Origin: Octopus vulgaris
Taxonomy: Eukaryota
Reading direction: 5' to 3'
NCBI GenBank assembly: GCA_951406725.2
Contig: OX597835.1
Coordinates: 27,528,001 to 27,592,000, forward strand
DNA length: 64,000 nt
In this document: in pieces, positions 26,374-39,584 of the stretch
How the letters are laid out: each line of letters opens with the position of its first letter
Numbering within the stretch: the first letter of the stretch is position 1
Notes under the pieces: model-generated
The model's database searches: none
What the model saw: only the letters and a program-made list of their open reading frames with translations
Told to the model about the DNA's origin: nothing
Made by a program: the position numbers and the translations under genes

Positions 26374-29300
26374 CAGATAATGCATGATTAATTCAAAACA
26401 ACGTGAATAAATAAGCGATAGATTTGACAGAGTAATAATTTGAATGCTAAAGGGTTAAGCCTAACAGGCCGTGTCTTATTCACTGTCAGAAACAGGAATA
26501 TTTTCTCTCTCTCTCACGCCCCCACCTGTCACTATGAAAGTGTGTAGCTTCGATCAACTAAATATTGTTAAAGATAAAATGAATTCCGTTTTGGGGAAGC
26601 TTAAGTCTCAATTACGTGTGTAGCACTTAAAATTATCTACAGCTGTATTTGTTAAAGGCGATATTTTAAACAATATTCCAGTAAATGAAATCAATAATAA
26701 TGATTAGTTCAATGTATTTTCGAAAAGTTATTCAGAGCTATATGCACCATATGCTTCGAGCATGTTCGCACGCACAGCAACATTCCCTAACACAGTTACG
26801 GCCACAGATATATAGCAACATACGCTCACACACAGACACACACACACACACGTACTCTCACACAGACAAAGTCACATACTCCCACATGGACACAACCGTA
26901 TATCATCACACAGACACAGATACCTCTCCTCCCACACGAACAGTCACATACCCTCACACACACAGCCACATACCCTCACATGGACACAACCATATACCCA
27001 CACCAGGATATAGCCACATTCCTATTTCTTTATTACCCCCAAGGGGCTAAACATAGAGGGGACAAACAAGGACAGACATAGGTATTAAGTCAATTACATC
27101 GACCCCAGTGCATAACTGGTACTTAATTTATCGACCCCGAAAGGATGAAAGGTAAAGTCGACCTCAGCGGAATTTGAACTCAGAACGTAACGGCAGACGA
27201 AATACCGCTAAGCATTTCGCCCGACCCTCACACAGACACACACAGCCACACATCCTCACAGACAGTCACATACCCTTACAGACATAACTACATACCCTCT
27301 TGCACACACACACACACAGCCACATACTCTCATACAGAGATAGCCACATACCCTCACACACATAGCCATACATCTTACATGCACAGAGCCACACATCTTA
27401 CACACACACCCACACACCCTCATCCTCACATGGACACAACTGTATATCCACACACAGATATAGCCACATACCCTCACACAGACATAGACGCACACCCTCA
27501 CACCAAGCCACACATCCTCACAGACAGTCACATTACATTCACAGACATAGCTACATACCCTCACACACATACATACACACAGCCACATACTCTCACACAG
27601 ATTGCCACACACCTTCACAGTCACACATACTCACACCCCCCACACACAGCCTCACATATAGCCACACACCCTCACACACACAGTCACATACCTCCACACA
27701 CACAACCATGCACCCCAACAGATGATCACATACCCCCTCACAAACATAACTACATACTCACACACACAGCTACATACCCTCACACAGACACCTCCCCACT
27801 ACACACAAACAGTCACACAGACACCTCCCCACACACCTTCACAAAGATATAGTGACACACCCTCACATGGACATATCTACCTATCTTTCACCACATTCAG
27901 TAGCATCTTTCCTTTTGATACTACTGACAGTATGTGGAGGCACAATGGCCCACTGGTTAGGGCAGCAGACTTGCAGTCATTGGATCACAGTTTCGATTCC
28001 CAGACCGGGTGCTATGAGTGTTTATTGAGCAAAAACATCTAAAGCTTCACAAGGCTCTGACAAAGTAGTGGCAAACCCTGCTGTACTCTTTCACCGCAAC
28101 TTCCTCTCTCTCTTTCTTCCTGTTCCTGTTGTATTTCAAAGGGCCAGCCTTGTCACACACTATCTCATGCTGAATCTCCCCAAGAACTACGTTAAGGGTA
28201 CACATATCTGTGGAGTGCTCAGCCACTTGCACATTAATTTCACGAGCAGGCTGTTCCGTTGATTTATATCAACTGGAACCCTCGTCGTCGTAACCAACGG
28301 AGTGCCACAACGACTAAAGGTATGAAATTTCTTTAATAATTTAATGAAAGCAATTTTTTTTCCTCGTTAATGATTATGAATATATATACTCTTTTACTCT
28401 TTTACTTGTTTCTGTCATTTGACTGTGGCCATGCTGGAGCACCGCCTTTAGTCGAGCAAATCGACCCCAGGACTTATTCTTTGTAAGCCTAGTACTCATT
28501 CTATCGGTCTTTTGCTGAACCGCTAAGTTACGGTTATATCCTTATTCTTCGGTAGGTTTATTAAATCTAAACTAGCATAAATCATTTTTATCATAATTTG
28601 AGAAATTGATTTTTACTGATAGTGCTGAAATAATATTTTTTTAAAAAAAAAAAGAAAGAATTATCATTTTACATTTTAATCAGAGGAGAAAGAGTTTCAC
28701 CTAACCATCCTTTACAAGTGCTCGGTAGGAGGAAGTTAGCCACAGATCAAAGAATTACTTGAGATATTTACAAGAGAGTGGACTCTGCTAAAGACATCCT
28801 AGGTAACAGGAGGTGATGTTAAACAGGGAGGGACAAATTAAGCTTGGCCACCAAAAGCAGAGGTAGGGAATCGTTTTATGTTGGGAGGTTGCATTGAAGT
28901 TAATGACCATCTATTAAGATGTCATTGGACTTAATAGTCAAGTGGTAAGACCACAGTAATATTAATTGCCATTTCAAAGGACCTCATTCACATTAACGTC
29001 CATCTGACAAGGTGACAGAGAAGTTAATTGCCATCTGACAAAAATTATACTACCAGGTACAGGCGTGGCCATATGGTAAGAAGTTTGCCTCTCAGTCACA
29101 TGGTTCTGGGTTCAGTCCCACTGCATGGCACCTTGGGCAAATGTCTTCAACTATAACCACAGGTTGACCAAAGCCTTGTGAGTGGACTTGGTCAGCAGAA
29201 TCTGAAAGAATCCACCGTATATATATATGCGTGTCTCTGTGTTTGTTCTCATTCCACCACTTGACAACCAATGTTGGTTTGTTTACATCCCCATGACTTA

Positions 29301-29912
29301 GCAGTTCAGCACAAGGGACAAATAGAATAATAACCAGGTTTCTGTCTGTCTATCTATCTATCTATCTATATATATATATATATATATACATACATATACA
29401 TACATATATATATATGACTCGACTCCATCAGTTATGAATGACCATGGGTGTACCTAAGAGGTTCCCCTCTGGGGTACAAGTCTGTGCAGAAAGTTGCCTC
29501 ACTGGTGAACACACAACCTAGGGTTGTTTTTAATGGAAGACAAGCAGTCGGCCATGCATACCAGCCTCTCCTCTTCCATGCCACCGATGTTATCCAAGGG
29601 AAAGGCAAAGGGGCTGACACAGCTTGGCACCAGTGACGTCACAACTCATTTCAACAGCTAAGTGAACTGGAGCAACATGAAATAAAGTGTCTTGCTCAAG
29701 AACACAACACACAGCCTGGTCCAGGAATCGAACTCACAACTTTATGATTGTAAGCTCGACTCTCTAACCACTGAGCCATGCACTGTCACATATAGATATA
29801 TATATGTGTGTGTGTGTGTGTATGGAGAGTTTACGAAAAAAACAAAAGACGAAGACAGGTGGTGTAAAAAACAAACAGATGTATTAGTATAATGCTCAGG
29901 AATAGAAAAAGT

Positions 29913-29948
29913 CTTTTACATTTCGAGCCTACGCTCTTCTACAGAAAG
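29913..29948 (-). ncRNA. second copy of the CUGUAGA hammerhead-like family (repeat ~29822-29975)
   Basis: Minus strand CTTT CTGTAGA A GAGC-gtag-GCTC GAAAT GTA AAAG. Flanks are homologous to 8900-9038. Confidence 0.55.
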
Positions 29949-30265
29949 GGACACAGAAAAAACAAGGAGTAAAAAACAATATATATATATGAGTGTGTGT
30001 GTGTGTTTGCCCTTCTTCTGCTTGATAACCAGTGTTGGTTTCCTGACATCCCTGTAACTTAATGGCTCAATAAAAGATGACAGCATCAATACCAGACTCA
30101 TAATTTGTTTGACTAAACCCTTGAAGGTGGTGCCCCAGCATGGCTGTTGTCCAATGATTAAAACAATAACAGATAAAAAATAGCGTGAACACAATACTTC
30201 CATAATGTGAAAGATAGCTTTATATTCAACCACGTACAGATTTCGTCATTGCATCATGTTTTTTT

Positions 30266-30492
30266 TAACCCTTTAGCATTTAAACCGGCCATATCCGGCC
30301 AAAAGTATTCTGCCTGTTTTATGGTCAAACTGGCCAGATCTGGTCTCTCACACCAACCCTACAATATTGTTTTAAAAATTAACAGCTACCTCATCAAAAT
30401 CTCATAGCTACAAGATAATGCATGACTAGTTCAAAACAAAGTGGATGAAAAGCATTAATTTTGGTAGAATAATGCGAACACTAAAAGATTAA
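30266..30492 (+). mobile_element. ~225-bp TTAA-flanked (piggyBac-type) MITE; other copies ~18045-18265, 25745-26458 (split), 30935-31152, 32130-32325, 42650-42867, 50309-50535
   Basis: Termini TTAACCCTTTAGCATT...AATGCTAAAGGGTTAA (consensus across copies). Shared internal sequence aaactggccagatc...cacacctaccctacaatgtcattct. Confidence 0.8.
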
Positions 30493-30589
30493 AGAAATCT
30501 TTAGAAGTTAACGAATAGATTCCTGCATGAAAATACATATTGAAGAAAAAAAAAGAAAGAAAAACATCTTTTATGTTTTTAATACTCAC

Positions 30590-30809
30590 TTTGTAGGCAA
30601 TCTGCGTTAAGCAGATCTTTGCATTTTTCATGGCATTTCACTCCACATTCTGTGCAACGAACACCCTGCCGTGCTAAACCCCACAACAACCCCTCACATT
30701 CAAAACAATATGTAGGGGATGTTGCTGTCCAGACAACAAAGTTATGGGGGGTTGTGCTGGATATGGGATAGATTAAGGCTTGCAGAGTTTTCTTGTAAAC
30801 ATGCATTTT
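30590..30809 (-). CDS. unc-13: unc-13 exon encoding the DAG/phorbol-ester-binding C1 domain (220 nt, phase 0-1)
   Basis: [73 protein letters not shown] has exact H-x12-C-x2-C-x13-C-x2-C-x4-H-x2-C-x7-C spacing and closely matches Munc13. Acceptor tttag|, donor |gtgagt. Confidence 0.98.
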
Positions 30810-31275
30810 CTAAATAATAATAAAAAGAAAGAAAGAAAAATTAGATAATTAAAAAGATTTTTAATTAGATTTGAAGTATATTTCATGAGTAAACAATGAA
30901 ATAACTTTTAAAATATATTCTAGAGATACATTTAATCACTTATGGCCATATCTGACCCAAATATTCTACCTGTTTTATATTCAAACTAGTCAGATCCAAC
31001 TTCTCACTCCTACCCTACAATGTCATTCTACATGTAAATAATCATAGCATTAAAATCTTGAATCTATAAAATAATGCATGATTAATAAAAAAGAAACAAT
31101 GTGAATAAATAAACATTACATTCCAGAGAATAATCTGAATGCTAAATGGTTAAAAAAAGGTAGTTTGGATCATGGAAAGAGGGTCAGTCTAAGGTGGGTT
31201 AGTATTAAAAGGGTTGAACAGAAAGATGCAATTGTCAACCAATCACAACTTTTGATATTTCTTACTTGATATATA

Positions 31276-31842
31276 CACTACCGTCAGAAATTAATTAGCA
31301 CCCTTGATTTGCTCACCATGAAGCATGGTGGGGGTGGTCTGATGGTGTGAGGGGCGTTCAGCTACAGTGGTGTTGGGCGGCTCTATGCCGTCGAAGGCAA
31401 CATCAACGCAGCAAAGTACATTGAGATAGTACGGGATACCTCTTTGGTGGCGAGGAGTACGTGCTGGCCAGTCACCTGACCTGAACCCTATTGAGAACCT
31501 CTGGAGTCGATTGGGTAGGGATTTGAATGTACAGCAATACAGGAACCAACACGAGCTGTTTGGGGCACTTCTTGCTGCATGAGGGGCCATCCCTGCACAG
31601 TACCTGCAGGCACTCATAGACAGCATGCCGACCCGCATAGCAGCTGTCATTGCTGCCAAAGGAGGAGCAACAAGATATTGACTAAATTTCACGATTAATA
31701 ACAATTATGTGGTGTGCTGGGATATGTTTTAATAAATTTTTGATTAAAAACGAGTTCGTTTCTGATAATAAGTTAATTAAATTAAGAAAATGTAAGAAAA
31801 TGTAGAAATTTGAGAAGTGCTAATTAATTTCCGACGCAAGTG
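31276..31842 (+). mobile_element. internally deleted Tc1-family DNA transposon
   Basis: 26-bp TIRs (CACTACCGTCAGAAATTAATTAGCAC / GTGCTAATTAATTTCCGACGCAAGTG) and TA target duplication. Relic peptides KHGGGGLMV*GAFSYSGVGRL, SPDLNPIENLW and LIDSMPTRIAAVIAAKGGATRY*. Confidence 0.95.
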
Positions 31843-32389
31843 TATTATTTAAAATAACAAAATTAGAGTACATTAGATGGCATAAGTAGGAATGTAACAG
31901 ATTAGATAGTTGTATCATAGAATCAGGGTCAGTCTAGGGTGGGTTGGTGTTAAAAGGGTTAAACAGAAAAATGCTATTGTCAACCAATCACAACTTTCGA
32001 TATTTCTTACTTGATATATATTATTTGAAATAGCAAAATTAGAGTACATTAGATGGTATAAGTAGGAAAGCACCAGACTAGATACATCATGCTATCATAT
32101 TTGGAAAGTTTTACATTTCTGTGCTCAACTGAATATATCTAACCCAAATATACTACCTATTTAATGAAACTGGCCAGATTCAGCCTCATACACCTACCCT
32201 ACAATGTCATGCTAAAAATAAACGGTCACATCATTGAATTCTCAAAGCTATGATATAATACATTGTTAATTCAAAATGATATAGATAAATATGTATTACA
32301 TTTGACAGAGTAATGCGTATGTTATGAAACAATGTTTAAAATAAATGGATAAAGGAATGAATAAAAGACTGCCTGTCAGGGAAACTTAC

Positions 32390-32467
32390 CAATTCTTCAT
32401 CATTTAATGACTGGCGAGCAACCATGGCTGATGGAACTCCTGCATTGCGTTTTGACGCAACCATTGT
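32390..32467 (-). CDS. unc-13: unc-13/Munc13 exon (78 nt, phase 0-0): TMVASKRNAGVPSAMVARQSLNDEEL
   Basis: Acceptor tttcag| at 32468-9 and donor |gtaagt at 32389. The peptide matches the segment preceding the UNC-13 C1 domain (recalled Drosophila TMAATKRNAGLTSA...LNDEEL). It joins the next exon in frame. Confidence 0.95.
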
Positions 32468-34991
32468 CTGAAATAATATTTCAGAGAATTTAATAACAAT
32501 TTCAAAATACCATGTTAAAGCAAGATTGTGAATAAAGTGAGATAGTTTCAAAGAATTAATGAGTTCTTTTGGGGTTTTTTTTATGAATCTAGCAGTAATA
32601 ATTAAAATTCATGTCTTTAGAGTGGATGATTAAAAACACAGCTGCATTTGATTATTATTATTATTATTATATTTTTTTGGTGGGGAATAGTACCTCTTGA
32701 AGCACATGAAGCAATGAAACAATAACATGTAAATATTTGGTCGAAAAACCTTTTTGAATAGCAAATGTTGAAGGTTGCTGGGCAGCCAATATTTACATAC
32801 TATTATTTATAGCTTTATGGGCTCCGAGATCCATTGTTCCAAAAGTAATTATTTCACATTCTCTTGAAAGTTTATAAATTCTTATGATGTCAACAACAGC
32901 TGTATTTATTTTATTTTATTTTGCAATGACTTTTATGAAGAGTAGAGTTGTCTGGAACTTGTTTCCAAGGGGTCAATCACTGGTTCACTGCACACGGCTT
33001 TTACAATAGCAAGAATGACAAGGGACTTTGTCTGTACAACACAGACAGATCAAATATGTGTATTACTGGTATATTAGTGTGGTAACGAAATTTGCTCAGG
33101 GGGTGCAAACCCAGGTCCATAAATATTTCACAAGCAAGGCTGGTTTTTAAAATCTTTATATCAAAAATGCACCAACATGGACTTCTTTCAGTTTCTACTC
33201 ACAAAGCTTCGGTCAGCTCAAGGGGCATAGCAGAAGAAACTTGCCTAAGGAGACTATAGTAGAAGGAACTTGCCCAGTACCACGTCATTCAGAAGCAAGC
33301 TTCTTACCACACAGCTACATCTGTGCCTGTTTCAAATCAATCTAAAAATGTTTGTATGGTTATTCATTTTGGTGAGGAAGCTTTTCAGAAGGCTATTCAA
33401 AGTATTTTCATCTCCACTCCAAGAATTAATGCAGGTGTGCTTGCACTCTCTGCACCTCCTGTTCCAGAGCCTGTGTACTAGTATCACGGATTCCAGTACA
33501 AGATGACACACGGTCATGTCATCAGTGACTAAACTTGCATTCCAACCAGAATTATAAACAAGACCGCTGCAAAGGATGGATGAAATCAGTGTAGGTTCAA
33601 TGACTACCTACAAATAGCATGAGCACCCAGAAATTCCTGGTTGGCGTCTGGACCACTGGGAGTGAGGCACCCCTCAGCTTTTATTAAAATGGGTTTCTAG
33701 GAGGTCACTCTGATATAAACCCAGATATGCAGGGAATGGCATTGGGAACTTTGGTGATCTCTTGCTTGCAGTTGACATCATGGCACTCATGCATTCCTGA
33801 GCCTGCAACCCAAAATTATAAATATCATTGATCTCTACTATGATATTGAGTACTTATTCTTCTGGCAGTCAACATTAAACACACACACACACAGATTACA
33901 TCTAACCTGAAGGACTTTGCTTTTGCTATCCAAGAAGTGGAAATGATCCAACAGATATGAAAATTAATTATATATGTGTATGTGTATGTGAGAGTGTGTG
34001 TGTATAAATGTGTATATATGTGTGTGTGTGTGTGTAAAATAACTAATTAACAAGTAATACATTTTTTTTATTAATTTTAAGAAATAGACTTAAATTCAAA
34101 TTACATATAAAAAAAATACACTCCCAAAATAATTATGTTATAAAAGCAATTAATTCAAAGAGTTTTAATTATAACACTGCCTTGTCTCTTGACTCATATT
34201 TTCTGCTGATTCAACAAAAGCAGGTTGATCTAGCTTACTTTTTCAGTGTGCTGACACCAAATAAGAGGTCACCATTTGCTTATCATGTCAAATTGTTTTA
34301 CAAAAACAAAAAAAAAATCATAATTACATTTCTGAGAGATTTTATATACTAACACAGATAACAGTTCAATAATAACAAGGTGAGTATTGATCAGCTAGAA
34401 AATGCAATAAAACAAATGCAACTGCTCCATGGAGTTAATTTAGATAAAACGATCCAGCATGTTTGCATTACTTGATCTTTGGGAATATTGATTTTCATGT
34501 CAGAAATTTCCTCAAGATGAACCAAGTGGACTAATTGCAATGGAGGCAAGTTATTTACATTGTGCAGTAAAACGTATTTTAAACTTTCCTTTGAACTAGC
34601 GATAAATACCCACAACTACTCAGTCGAAAGATATTCACATCCCATTGCTTAAAAAAGAAAAAAATCCTTTTGATGTTATAAGGGTAAATAGAGGAAAAAG
34701 AAGAACCCACTACCAAACAGACAACATTTCTTTCAGCTTTAATAAACAGCAAAAAGTATGTTTTGACTATTATTGCTAAATAAAAGTTTTCCTCAAAGTA
34801 CCAACATCATATATATATATATATCTATATATATATATATATATGCTGCCTTAGATGAAGAGACAGTGATGAGTGAAAATTCTGTAAATAATGATAATTA
34901 TAAGCTTTAAGCTTATAAACATTCATTGAGCATTGACTAAAGAAAATAGTCTCCTGGGGAATATAAGCCCTCAACGGGAAAAATGTAGGCA

Positions 34992-35065
34992 TTGGAATGC
35001 ATGGGAATCAAACCCACATCTCTCATATTCGCGATAAGTGTACTAACCAATTACACCAATCTGTC
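34992..35065 (-). pseudogene. tRNA-like pseudogene or tRNA-derived head
   Basis: Minus strand has A box TGGTGTAATTGG, anticodon-like stem CTTAT/ATGAG with a 7-nt loop, and B box GGTTTGATTCC. The acceptor stem is decayed. Confidence 0.6.
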
Positions 35066-35132
<67 letters not shown>

Positions 35133-35171
35133 GTATATGTATATATATATATATTGATAAGTGATGGAGCA

Positions 35172-35223
35172 GTACTACTGATGAGCTTTAATTTCAAGCA
35201 AAATTAGCTCGCTGATTTAGTAC
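35172..35223 (+). ncRNA. full three-stem type-I hammerhead fold with a G12A substitution
   Basis: GTACTA CTGATGA GCTT-taatttc-AAGC AAAA TTAG-ctcg-CTGA TT^ TAGTAC. Stem I 6 bp, stem II 4 bp, stem III present. GAAA reads AAAA. Confidence 0.7.
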
Positions 35224-35420
35224 CCTCACTTGCTATGGGGTGGTTATCTTCCCTGTCAGCACATAGACTTGTGCTGTGTTTATGGCTATAAGGTTTTATT
35301 GACTCTTATCTCTAGCAATGTAGGTACTGCAATGCACCCTCAGTCACTATTAGTGACAGCTGAATTCTTTGTTTTTGATTTTATATTGCGTCTAGCCTTT
35401 ATTAATTTATATATATATAT

Positions 35421-35592
35421 AGGCGCAGGAGTGGCTGTGTGGTAAGTAGCTTGCTAACCAACCACATGGTTCTGTGTTCAGTCCCACTGCGTGGCATCTT
35501 GGACAAGTGTCTTCTACTATAGCCCTGGGCCGACCAATGCCTTGTGAGTGGATTTGGTAGACGGAAACTGAAAGAAGCCTGTCGTATATATG

Positions 35593-35635
<43 letters not shown>

Positions 35636-35846
35636 TTGTGTGTCTGTGTTTGTCCCTCCTAGCATTGCTTGACAACCGATGCTGGTGTGTTTACGCCCCC
35701 GTCACTTAGCGGTTCGGCAAAAGAGACCGATAGAATAAGTACTGGGCTTACAAAGAATAAGTCCCAGGGTCGATTTGCTCAACTAAAGGCGGTGCTCCAG
35801 CATGGCCACAGTCAAATGAATGAAACAAGTAAAAGAGTAAAAGAGT
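35421..35846 (+). mobile_element. tRNA-derived SINE family B, full length, with internal (TA)n(TG)n linker; others ~5703-6150(-), 55858-56280(+), 29058-29340(+), 28388-28532(-) and many fragments
   Basis: Head aggcgcaggagtggctgtgtggtaag...gttcagtccc; tail ...gaaacaagtaaaagagtaaaagag; many near-identical copies. Confidence 0.9.
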
Positions 35847-36861
35847 ATATATAAATGTGTGTGTGTGTATAAATTCCTGTTTTGTTATTTGCTTTAACAA
35901 TCTGAGATTTCTTATCAAATCACTTATTTTTTAGTTATTTTACTCTTTCACTTCTTTTGGTCACTTGACTGTGGCCAAGCTGGGGCACTGCTTTCATTGG
36001 ATTAAAAACCCAACCACACTGACACCCGTACTTGCTGCAGTGATGCTACTTATTTTATCGATTTCTACTTATCAATTTGCTAAGTCATACGACATAGAGT
36101 GATGCAACATAAACAACATAGGGATATTAAAACTGCAATAAACAAAGACACAGACAAGTATGCACAGATGCACGTATGTAAGCTTGTGTCTGTTTATATG
36201 TGCAGCAGTAAAGTGATTGGCAGAGTGAATGAGTCAGTCATAGAAGAGAGAGTGATGATGGTTAGATAGCAACTATCATCACTGATCCTGTTCTGAGCCC
36301 TGATAACATAGCCAAAGGAGGAATTACAACCGTGTTTCGTGGTCTGCTACCACAACAGCTCCTTTATAGGATCCAGTTAGCTCAAGACATCGTCAGGAGA
36401 AACCACATCCCATTTCAGCCCCTACTTCTCTACCGTTTTGACGTGGCGGGGCACCTCCTTTCGGAGGTGTCTTCAGCTCTGGTGTTGGGTGCATGTCTTC
36501 TTTCTTCTGTTCCCTGGCCTCTTCAATGTATCGTCAGCGAGTGTCAGCCGGTGACTGACTGACTTCCAAAAATATTGCCAATTTTATCTGGGATCAGATT
36601 TTTTGTGCCCACTTCCTAGGGGGCTGGGCAGATAAAATACTGCGTTTGTAAATGACAAGGATATAGATGAAGCACAGGTATCAAGGACTGGATGGAGGAG
36701 ACCCTGCTGGGCTCTACAGCTGTATCATGAAACTGATGGTCCAAGTTCCAGTGTTTCTAATCCTGGGTGAGTCCATAGCTAACCTATCATTTATTTGTTT
36801 TAAATCTAAGTAAAAAACAGAAATGCTAAAGTAGCAAACTGTTTGGTTATATACAGCAATA

Positions 36862-37173
36862 CAGGTTAACAGGTTGTTCCTTCTCGAGCCATGCCTGGCT
36901 CATAAGGGCCGGTTTCCCAGTTTCTGAGCGTATAGGTTCCCAACCTGGATGGGACACCGGTCCGTCGCAGGTGAGCTGCAAGATGCAGGAGGAAAGAATG
37001 AGAGAAAATTGTGGTGAAAGAGTCAGCAGAAGTTTCGCCATGATCTTCTGCCAGAGCTGCGTGGAGCTTAGGTGTCTCGCCCATAAACACACACATCGCC
37101 CAGTCTGAGATTCGAACCCGCGATCCCTCGACCGCAAGTATGCTGCTCTAACCACTAGGCCATGTGCCTCCAC
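36862..37173 (-). mobile_element. tRNA(Arg-like)-headed SINE with 13-bp TSD; related head at ~27933-28310(+)
   Basis: A box TGGCCTAGTGG, B box GGTTCGAATCTC. TSD atatacagcaata at 36849-61 and 37174-86. Confidence 0.88.
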
Positions 37174-37526
37174 ATATACAGCAATAACAAGTGATGGAAC
37201 CTTGTGAGGTTATATTCACAGACCACATAACTTCAAACTATTTTACGTGCTTTGAAAGCGCAATGAAACATGACAGCTCATTATGATATGACCTTTGGAA
37301 CCAGCATCTCTGAAATTTGTCAAGGAACAATTGTTACCCTTTAGTCAGCCAGAACAAAACTTGGCACTGGAACTAGTTTTAAGTGTTTAAAATGGAAAAA
37401 AAAAAGGAAATTTTAGAAAAAAAATCACCCAAAATACTTTCTTATCATGAATTTCAAAGAACATGTAAAGTTGTGTTGCAGTAATAATTTAAAATGATCA
37501 AAGAGATGTATAAATATACATAATAG

Positions 37527-37574
<48 letters not shown>

Positions 37575-37589
37575 TATATACACATATAT

Positions 37590-37621
<32 letters not shown>

Positions 37622-38540
37622 GTGTGTTTATATGCATATACAAGTATGTGTGTGTGAACAGAAAATAAATGAAGAGGGAGAGTTGTTGGCTCAACACACA
37701 GACAGACAGATCGACAGACATTTAGTTAACTGGATTCTGCATACTTCACGTCTACCAAATTTCATTAAAATCGCTTCAGTTGGCCCAGTGGCGATGACTG
37801 AAGAGACTTGCTCAAGGTGTTGTGCAGCGGGATGATTGGACTTGGAACTACATTGTTAGGAAATGGCTGTTAATGACACAGTCATGCCTGCGGCAGTTAC
37901 GTTGATTATAAGTTGATAGAATGAGCATAAAAATTAATTGGAAAGTTATTTTGGGTTAGAAACTGTCAATTTAATTTAGAGACAGTATGATAGTTGACAA
38001 ATTAATTCTCCTTTGAGAATGTTCGTTAGTTAGGTTGTTTCAAAATTGGAACTCTGTATAGAGACGTCTCTTTGAATTGTCAAAAATTGGAAATTGATAT
38101 TAATATGTTACAAAGACAGTATTATCTACTAAAGCTTTTTATCAAACTACAGCTTTGAATAATCAAATGCTGTGTAAATAAATATATACAATATAATCAA
38201 TACATATTAATTAGCTCGTTATTAAGGAATACTAAATACCAAAGTTATCTGAGAGTTACATAAAAAAAAATTGAAACCTAAAGAAATGATTTTAAGGAGG
38301 TAGGAGAAGGAATACCAAAAAATGTACAAGATTTATTTCAATGAAAATCTATAATGGGCTTTTGTTTGAGTATATAAATAAAATAAATCTGAAAGCCATT
38401 GAATAAAAGATAAATAAAAAGGTACTTAAATGAAACTTAATATTTTCTTTCTATAAATTTTTATTACTTAGATACTGAAAAAATAGATAATCATAAATCC
38501 AAATGAGTTTCTTTTGTTTTATAAATGTTCCTTCCCATAC

Positions 38541-38564
38541 CTGTAGAGCTACATACAGCCTTAG
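38541..38564 (-). CDS. unc-13: candidate 24-nt microexon (LRLYVALQ), phase 0-0
   Basis: Minus strand ttgtccag|CTAAGGCTGTATGTAGCTCTACAG|gtatgg. Open in phase 0; a GC-richer island in a repeat-free AT-rich tract. The pyrimidine tract is weak and no homolog is recognised. Confidence 0.35.
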
Positions 38565-39535
38565 CTGGACAATATTTTTTAACAAACAATAAATCAATAT
38601 TATATTTGACAATTAAATAAAAGAATCAATTTCTCAAAACCCTTGTGTGATATTTTCTATTTTTACCTTGAGATTACAAACAAACGAAGAAAATAAGAAA
38701 ATTTCTAAGAAAAAGAAAACGACAAAAAAAAAACGAAAAAAAACAATGAAAGAAAATTGATGGGAAATTGAATGTACAAGAGAAAAAATTCTGAAAGAAA
38801 CATTAAAATATAATTGTGCATTAACTGAAGTGCATAAATCTTTTATTAAGGTGTTTCAAGGGAAACAAAATAATAAATAAAATTAGGCTCTAAAAAAAAC
38901 ATTCCGTGTGTATAAAATCCTGGTTAAGTTAAAATTGCTACACTCTATGTGACAGCATGCTAAAACAGAGATTGTCAAAAATCTCTGAGAGATAAATGTG
39001 TGGCATATAAAAAATAAGATCACATAAAAAATACAATATACATTCACATAAAAAAATTATAAAATTTATTATTATTATTGTTGTTATTTATTTTCTTTTC
39101 TTTTTTTTTTCATTATTCATGGCTGAACTATTCTCTATTTTTTGCTTATAATTCTGTAAATAATTGTTTCTAAAGGCCAGTAATTTGGAAGGGAAATGGG
39201 CCTTAGTTGATTCCGTCGTCTCCAGTACCCAGTTAGGACTTTATAATATTGACTCTACCCCTTGCCCTGGATGACTGAAAGACAAAGTTAACCACAACAG
39301 GATTTGAACCCAGAACGCAAAGTGTCAGAAGGCATGCCACATTGCATTTTTCCCAACACTGCAACGATTCTGGCAAATAATATTTTGTTGTATGTATGTA
39401 TGTGTGTGTGCATGTGTGTGTGTGTATATATATGCATACATACACACATATATAAATATATATATTATATATATACATACATATATATATATATATACAT
39501 ACATACATATACATATATACATACATATATATGTA

Positions 39536-39584
<49 letters not shown>

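Noticed and set aside
31291-31704. 137-aa minus-strand ORF
   Set aside because: Antisense shadow of the decayed Tc1 transposase.
36300-36780. GC-richer unique stretch with coding-like minus-strand reading
   Set aside because: In-frame stops and no recognisable motif; probably an old TE relic, as are ~28680-29040, 33380-33800 and 39620-40150.
38667-38704. AG/GT-bounded 38-mer or recursive splice site (aag|gtaaaa)
   Set aside because: Not frame-preserving, pyrimidine-tract-like content, and weak AAG/GTAAAA signals.
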